The notes under the pieces are model-generated. The model saw nothing but the letters and a program-made list of their open reading frames with translations, was not told the DNA's origin and made no database searches. Shown here piece by piece: positions 58,899 to 64,000 of a stretch of 64,000 nucleotides of DNA; within the stretch, counting starts at the first letter, position 1, and every line of letters starts with the position of its first letter. The translations under genes were made by a program, and so were the position numbers. Origin of the DNA: Planctomycetota bacterium (GTDB lineage Bacteria; Planctomycetota; UBA11346); contig JBBQSO010000006.1 in NCBI GenBank assembly GCA_038213805.1, positions 43,040 to 107,039 on the forward strand. Reading direction: 5' to 3'.

Positions 58899-58932
58899 TG
58901 CGGTCCTAGATCTCCAGGCGTCCAGACAGCCG

Positions 58933-59123
58933 GATCGAACAGGAGGCGCGGAGACGCGGAGAACGGAGGAGGGAAGAAGTGCCGTCCGCTGCGTTTCCAC
59001 GCGGTGCGCGCGCTCGGTACTCCAGCGCATACCGCGCTCGGAGCGCAGTTCCGTTCGCTGGTCGCAACCCCTGGTGTCCGGCTGTCCTCCTCCGTTCTCC
59101 GCGTCTCCGCGTCCTGTTCGATC
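58933..59123. repeat. Inverted repeat element with ~38-bp (ACGCGGAG) arms
   Basis: GATCGAACAGGAGGCGCGGAGACGCGGAGAACGGAGGAGG (58933-58972) pairs with 59086-59123 apart from a 2-nt bulge. Confidence 0.9.
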
Positions 59124-59136
59124 AGTCGGTTCCGCG

Positions 59137-61359
59137 CTACGGCAGGCGGTTCAACCTGCGGATCGCCCAATCGACGGCGAACAGTGAGACGATCAGCACC
59201 AGGGCCCACGTGGTGTCCCACCACCCGGTGACCACACTGATGCTTTCGCTGCGGCGCAGGTCGGGCAAGGCGGCGACCAAGGCGTCGGGGCTGGTGAAGA
59301 CGCGGCCGCCGGCGCCGCGCGTCAGGCTCTCGAGGGCGGCGAGGTCCAGGCGCGGGTCGCGCAGCTCGTCGGCGGGCGGCAGCACCAGCAGCTGGTCGGT
59401 GTCGACGCTGCGTGGGTCGGGGCCGGCGGCGATGGCCAAGTTCCAGGTGCCGGGTGCGGGCGCGGGCAGGCGCGCGGTGTAGCCGTGGCCCTCGCGGTCG
59501 AGGCGCAGCAACTGCTCGGCGCCCTCACCGCCGGCGTTGGTCAGGCGCACGGTGACGCTCTCGGGCGGGTTCTCGACGGCGGGGCCAGCGGGCATCAGGC
59601 TGAGGGTCAGCAATTCGCCGCTGGCCGCGCGGCGCGGGTTGGCGAACAGCCGCCACTCCTGGTTGCCGATGCGCCGCCCCGAGGCGACGTAGCGCAGCAG
59701 CTGGCTGTGGAAGCGGTGCAGGTAGCGGTCGCCGACGTTACGCCGCCAGCGCCAGGTGTCGTCGACCGCGACGAACAGCGTGCGCCCGGCGAAGTACGGC
59801 GAAGTCACCACCACCGGCTGCGCCGGCTTGCGCTGGTCCTGGACCAGCACGTCAGCGCCCGGCTTGAGGCCGCTGATCGGCGACGAGCCGTACAGCACCG
59901 GCAGATCCTGCCAGGGGACTTCGCCTGGATCGAGCAGGCCGAGGCTGGCCGCGACCGCGGTGCGGGACAGGCGGAGCGGCTCACCGGCGAGGAAGCCGCG
60001 GCTGATCGCCGCCGCGTCCGGCAGCTCGACCGGCAGCAGCGCGCCAAGCTTGACGCGGCTGAAACCGGCGAGCGCGCCGGTCTCGCCCGGCATCCACACC
60101 AGGCCGCTGCCGCCGTGGTGCACCGCGACCTCGAGCGCGTCGAGTTCGCTTTCGCGGAAGGCGTCGGGGCCGAGGTCGCTGATGACGATGACGTCATAGT
60201 CGCGCAGCTCGCCCGGGCTGAGCGGCAGGTGGTCGGGACCGAGTTCCGCCTCGCTGCGGCCCGCGCCCCAGCGCCGCCATTTTCCCTCGGCGAGGTAGGC
60301 GTGCAGGGTGATGGTCTTGTCGCGCTTGAGCGCCTCGCGCAGGTAGCGCATCTCGTAGAGCGGGCGGTGCGCGAGCATCAGCACCTTGAGCTTGCGCACG
60401 CGTACCGTGACCGCGACCTCCTGCTCGCGGCGCAGCTTGCCCTGCTCGACCACCACGCGCAGCTTGGCCGGGCCTTCGAGGTGGAAGCTGGCCTCGAGCC
60501 GGGCGGTGGCGGCGTGCATGGTCGCGGCTTCGCCACCGCCTTCGGGCTGGACCTCGATCCTGGTCGGCTCCTGGCCGTCGAGGAACAGCGTCACCGTCAC
60601 CGGTCCCGGCGCGAGCGCGCGGTGGCTGAAGCGCACCGTCACCGGTTCGCGCTCGTCGAGCGCGACCTCGCGGTTGACCGCGATCTCGTCGATCGCCAGC
60701 TCGGGCTCGACCGCATCGCTGCCGGTGGCCAGCGCCGAGATGCCGAGCTCGCGCCCGCGCCACGCGGCCGGCAGGCTGGCCAGGCCGCTGCCGGCGGTGA
60801 CGCGCCCGTCGCTGACCACCACCAGGTGGTCGGGGCGGTACTCGGCGACCAGGCGTTCGAGTTCGTCGGCGAGCGGGCTGGAGGCGCCGGTGGCCGGCGG
60901 CGGGCCGCTGACCAGCGCGGTGGCGTCGAGCGGGCCGCTGAGCGCGCCGATGGCGTGGTATTCGACGGCCAGGGTGCGTTCGCCCGCGACCTTCGCGAGG
61001 GCGGAGGCGAGCGCGCTGGCCGCGGCGATGCGCGGCAGGCGTGCGGCGCCCGCACCCGGCGCCCAGTCGCTGCGCGCCATCGAGGCGGAACGGTCGATCG
61101 CCACCAGCACGCGGCCGGGCAGGTGCGAGGTGGTGGTGGTGCGCCACGCCGGACCGGCGATCAGCGCCACCAGCGCGACCAGGCCGGCAGCGCGGCACAG
61201 CCGCGCGACCACACCCGCGCCGCCGCCGGCGTGCGGTCCATAGCGGCGCCATCCCCACCACGCCAGCAGGGCCGCTGCGACCAGTGCGAGCAGCGCCTGC
61301 CAGGGCTCCGGCGCGTGCTCGAGGATGAACGAGGATGATTGTTGGGAGGCGGGGCTCAT
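59137..61359 (-). CDS. Membrane protein with vWA-like, Ig-like and glutamine-amidotransferase-like domains
   Basis: Two N-terminal TM helices, IDRSASM, VVVSDG, YDVIVISD, GRTLFVAVDDTWRWR, C-terminal TM with W.IRR. Confidence 0.8.
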   Translation of the reverse strand: MSPASQQSSSFILEHAPEPWQALLALVAAALLAWWGWRRYGPHAGGGAGVVARLCRAAGLVALVALIAGPAWRTTTTSHLPGRVLVAIDRSASMARSDWAPGAGAARLPRIAAASALASALAKVAGERTLAVEYHAIGALSGPLDATALVSGPPPATGASSPLADELERLVAEYRPDHLVVVSDGRVTAGSGLASLPAAWRGRELGISALATGSDAVEPELAIDEIAVNREVALDEREPVTVRFSHRALAPGPVTVTLFLDGQEPTRIEVQPEGGGEAATMHAATARLEASFHLEGPAKLRVVVEQGKLRREQEVAVTVRVRKLKVLMLAHRPLYEMRYLREALKRDKTITLHAYLAEGKWRRWGAGRSEAELGPDHLPLSPGELRDYDVIVISDLGPDAFRESELDALEVAVHHGGSGLVWMPGETGALAGFSRVKLGALLPVELPDAAAISRGFLAGEPLRLSRTAVAASLGLLDPGEVPWQDLPVLYGSSPISGLKPGADVLVQDQRKPAQPVVVTSPYFAGRTLFVAVDDTWRWRRNVGDRYLHRFHSQLLRYVASGRRIGNQEWRLFANPRRAASGELLTLSLMPAGPAVENPPESVTVRLTNAGGEGAEQLLRLDREGHGYTARLPAPAPGTWNLAIAAGPDPRSVDTDQLLVLPPADELRDPRLDLAALESLTRGAGGRVFTSPDALVAALPDLRRSESISVVTGWWDTTWALVLIVSLFAVDWAIRRLNRLP

Positions 61360-61370
61360 GGGGGGAGCAC

Positions 61371-61507
61371 GTCCGGAAGTCCGGAAGTCCGGGAGTCCGG
61401 AAGTCGCGCGCCGGCGACGCCGGCACCTGAAATCTGGGTGACGGGCTCGCTCCTCAGCACTTTCACTGATCGACTTCCGGACTTCCGGACTTGCGGACTT
61501 CCGGACC
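61371..61507. repeat. Inverted tandem-octamer element (GTCCGGAA / TTCCGGAC), second copy
   Basis: Left arm 61371-61406, right arm 61471-61507. Confidence 0.9.
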
Positions 61508-61512
61508 TGCTC

Positions 61513-63351
61513 CTACCGCCCATATGCTTTTCCCGCCCAAGCCGCCAGCAGGCCTTCTCCGCATGCGAGCGCGAGGGCCGCGATCGCCAGGTAGATTCCC
61601 CAGTCCACGCCGGGCCGGCGCGGTAGGGCGGCGGTGAAGCTGGACGCGCTGCCGCTGGGCGCCGACTTCTGCAGGTGGCCCTCTTCGGGACTGGGCAGGA
61701 TCACCACGGCGTTGCCGTCCTCGTCCTTCCAGGCCCCCGGGCTGAGCAGCACCGGCTCGCCTGCGGCGCAGGCCACGGCGCTGGCACCGCGCTTGAGGGT
61801 GTGCGCCATGGGCGCATTCTGCCCCGCGGTCCAGAAGCGCGGCGCGTGCAGGCGCGCGGTGTAGTCGCGGGCGATGCGGCCGACCCACAGCGGCACCGTG
61901 CCGCGGTTCTGGAAGTCGCGGTCGGCGACACCGGCGAGCGAGGTCAGCTCGACCACCACCCAGCCACGGCCGGCGGGCAGCACCACGACCAGTGGCGCGG
62001 TGCCGGCGCGCAGCACGGTCTCGGCGCCGGCAGGCAGGGCAACCAGCGGGGCGGTTTCGCGCCGCGCAACCTTGAGGATGTCGTCGACATCGGCTTGGCC
62101 GGTGCGGAATTCGCCGCCCGCCTGGGCCTTGCCGTCCTCGCCGCCGACGTCGGCGACCAGCTCGCGCAGCGCGGGGTCGTCGCGCAGCAGGTCGAGGCTG
62201 CTCCACAGCACGCCGCCGCCGCGCACCCAGTCGCGCAGGCGTGCGCCCTCGGCGATGGCGGTACGCAGGGCGACCACGCCTTGCGCGGGCAGCGGCTCGG
62301 CGCCGAATTGCGCGGGCCGGATGAGCTTGCAGTCCAGGGCCAGGGCGTCGGCGCTGAGCGCGGCGCCGAGGTAGTCGATGCGCTCCTGGATGGCCAGGGC
62401 CGGCACCGCCGGGCGCACCGTCACCGGCAGTTCGAGGAGGTTGTCATACGCCAGGCCGTCGTCCTCGAGACGGATGCGCAGCAAGTGCTCGCCTGCGGGC
62501 AGCGGCGGGGTGGTCAGGCGCAGCAGCGCGCCGCCGTCGGCGGCCGCAGGCGCCAGCGCGGCGCCGCTGGGCAGGAAGGGACCGTCATCGGCGGCGATGG
62601 CCGCGCCCTTGGCCGCGCCGAGCACGCGCAGCAGCAGCTCACCGGGCAGGCCAGGGCGCAGGTCGCCAAGGCTGACCACCCCGCCGATCATGGCGTTGGC
62701 GGCCGGCGCACCCACCGCCCAGTGCGCCAGCGCGCGCGCGCGCGGCGCGAGCAGGGCACCCAGCTGCGCGCCGTCGTCCTGCTGGAAGTCGGAAAGCAGC
62801 ACCACGTCGGCACCGCTGCCGGTGGCGCGGGTGATGGTCGCGGCGGCCTGGGCGGTGCTCGCGCGGTCGAGGCCGCCGGGCAGGTCGCTGGCCTCGAGCC
62901 GGGCGAGCGCCGCGAGCGCGTCCTCGCGCCCGCCTTCGCTGAGTACCTCGGTCTTGTCGGCGACCGCGACCACCGCCACGGTGCGGTAGGCCAGCTCGGC
63001 GCGCGCCAGTTCGGCCTTGGCCGCGGCGAGCGGACCGGGATCGGTGCCGCGCACGCCCATGGAGGCGCTGCGGTCGACCACCAGCACCAAGCGGTCGCCG
63101 CCGCCGAATCCGGCCAGGCTGAGGCGCGCAACGGCCAACGCCACGCAGGCGATGAGCAGGCAGCGCAACAGCAGCAGCAGCAGGTTGGTCAGGCGGTAGC
63201 GGCGCTGCGCGGCCTGCGCCGCCGCCAGCAGCCAGCGCATCGCCGCCCAGGGCCGCGGCCGGGGCCGCTGCCGCAACAGCAGATGGATGAGGATCGGTAC
63301 TGCCACTGCGGTGGCGCCCCAAAGCAGCAACGGGTGCAGGGCGGTAAGCAC
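61513..63351 (-). CDS. BatA domain and vWA domain membrane protein
   Basis: HPLLLWG..AVAVPILIHLL.R.RP....WAAMRWL...LLLLLR, VVDRSASM, LLSDFQ. Confidence 0.9.
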   Translation of the reverse strand: MLTALHPLLLWGATAVAVPILIHLLLRQRPRPRPWAAMRWLLAAAQAAQRRYRLTNLLLLLLRCLLIACVALAVARLSLAGFGGGDRLVLVVDRSASMGVRGTDPGPLAAAKAELARAELAYRTVAVVAVADKTEVLSEGGREDALAALARLEASDLPGGLDRASTAQAAATITRATGSGADVVLLSDFQQDDGAQLGALLAPRARALAHWAVGAPAANAMIGGVVSLGDLRPGLPGELLLRVLGAAKGAAIAADDGPFLPSGAALAPAAADGGALLRLTTPPLPAGEHLLRIRLEDDGLAYDNLLELPVTVRPAVPALAIQERIDYLGAALSADALALDCKLIRPAQFGAEPLPAQGVVALRTAIAEGARLRDWVRGGGVLWSSLDLLRDDPALRELVADVGGEDGKAQAGGEFRTGQADVDDILKVARRETAPLVALPAGAETVLRAGTAPLVVVLPAGRGWVVVELTSLAGVADRDFQNRGTVPLWVGRIARDYTARLHAPRFWTAGQNAPMAHTLKRGASAVACAAGEPVLLSPGAWKDEDGNAVVILPSPEEGHLQKSAPSGSASSFTAALPRRPGVDWGIYLAIAALALACGEGLLAAWAGKAYGR

Positions 63352-63461
63352 GGGGGTGATCTAAAGGGCCGTGCGGGCTTCGGCTAGCGTGAAGTCGATG
63401 GTCTGCGCGCAGCGTCGCGTGCGCTCGCTGCGCGGCGCGCGCCCGCGGGTGGCAGCCACGC

Positions 63462-63830
63462 CTACTTGCCGCTGGGGCCGAGCGTGCTACCGGCCGCGCC
63501 TGAGGGTCTTGCCGCGGCCGTGCCGGCGTTCTGGTGCGGGGTACCCAGCTTGGCCGCGTAGTGGTCGGGGTTGGCCGCGAACTTGCGCGCGCAGCCCTTG
63601 CAGCAGAAACGGTATTCCTGCCCTTTGTAGACGATCGCCGGTACCGCCGGGTCGATCTTCTCGTTTGAGACCAGGCAGGTGTCGAGCGGGTACGGCCGGA
63701 CCCCGTCCGCGGCCGGGGCCGCACCCAGGCAGGTCGCGAGCAGCAGCACGCACGCGCACCGCCAGGCCGCGCGGGAGGCACCGGGCAGGGCATGCAGCAG
63801 GATGGCGCGCAGGGTGCGGGCGGAAATCAT
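63462..63830 (-). CDS. Exported YHS/TRASH-like metal-binding protein
   Basis: YPLDTCLVS.EK...YKGQEYRFCCKGC.RKF.ANP.HY; start position uncertain. Confidence 0.8.
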   Translation of the reverse strand: MISARTLRAILLHALPGASRAAWRCACVLLLATCLGAAPAADGVRPYPLDTCLVSNEKIDPAVPAIVYKGQEYRFCCKGCARKFAANPDHYAAKLGTPHQNAGTAAARPSGAAGSTLGPSGK

Positions 63831-63976
63831 GGTGGAAACTGCTCCTCGGCGGTGCGGCCGGTCGGCCGCCGGGACTGATCCCCCGCAACGGGGGAAGGTC
63901 GCTTCAGCGTGATACGTTCGTCGCGCGGTGGCGTTTTAGGAAGCGATGTGGAGGGTTGGGGGGTGGGGGGGAGGAC

Positions 63977-64000
63977 GGCTGATGGCTGATGGCTGATGGC
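63977..64000. repeat. (GGCTGAT)n tandem heptamer, truncated by the window end
   Basis: GGCTGATGGCTGATGGCTGATGGC. Confidence 0.8.

Noticed and set aside
36907..64000. CRISPR array interpretation of the short repeats
   Set aside because: Units are 7-8 nt and contiguous, with no repeat-spacer periodicity and no cas genes.

Overview
High-GC bacterial window, most consistent with a Planctomycetota/PVC organism (inference from Ser/Thr kinase-FGE fusions, ECF/FecR pair, BatA/vWA genes). The left half (1-34.5 kb) is accessory and cell-surface related: a 5'-truncated giant Ig-repeat adhesin, two GT-C-type membrane glycosyltransferase-like genes, a four-helix-bundle gene, two divergent Ser/Thr kinases (one FHA, one transmembrane with helical repeats plus an FGE-sulfatase domain) heading an operon with a large secreted protein, an FGE lipoprotein and an outer-membrane barrel, and an ECF sigma/FecR module divergent from a secreted beta-helix protein. 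The right half is mostly housekeeping (pyrE, cyclophilin, Rrf2, xseA, trpS, bcp, actP, aroB, M20 peptidase, tesA-ybbAP, fabF, acpP, BatA/vWA). Best leads: (1) the anti-sigma factor carries a degenerate copy of the beta-helix domain of the divergent gene, and both genes share an identical GTAACG-N14-GGAGAGATG promoter-like motif; (2) about nine intergenic elements made of 7-8 nt tandem repeats answered by their reverse complement, one next to a four-helix-bundle gene; (3) a candidate adhesin glycosylation locus with an apparent ATT start codon; (4) a TagR/PpkA/Fha-like kinase module; (5) a Ser-less ACP paralog and a Cys-less ferredoxin-type tail. No tRNA, rRNA, CRISPR, transposase or reverse transcriptase was recognised. 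All family calls are from motif recognition by eye, with no database search.
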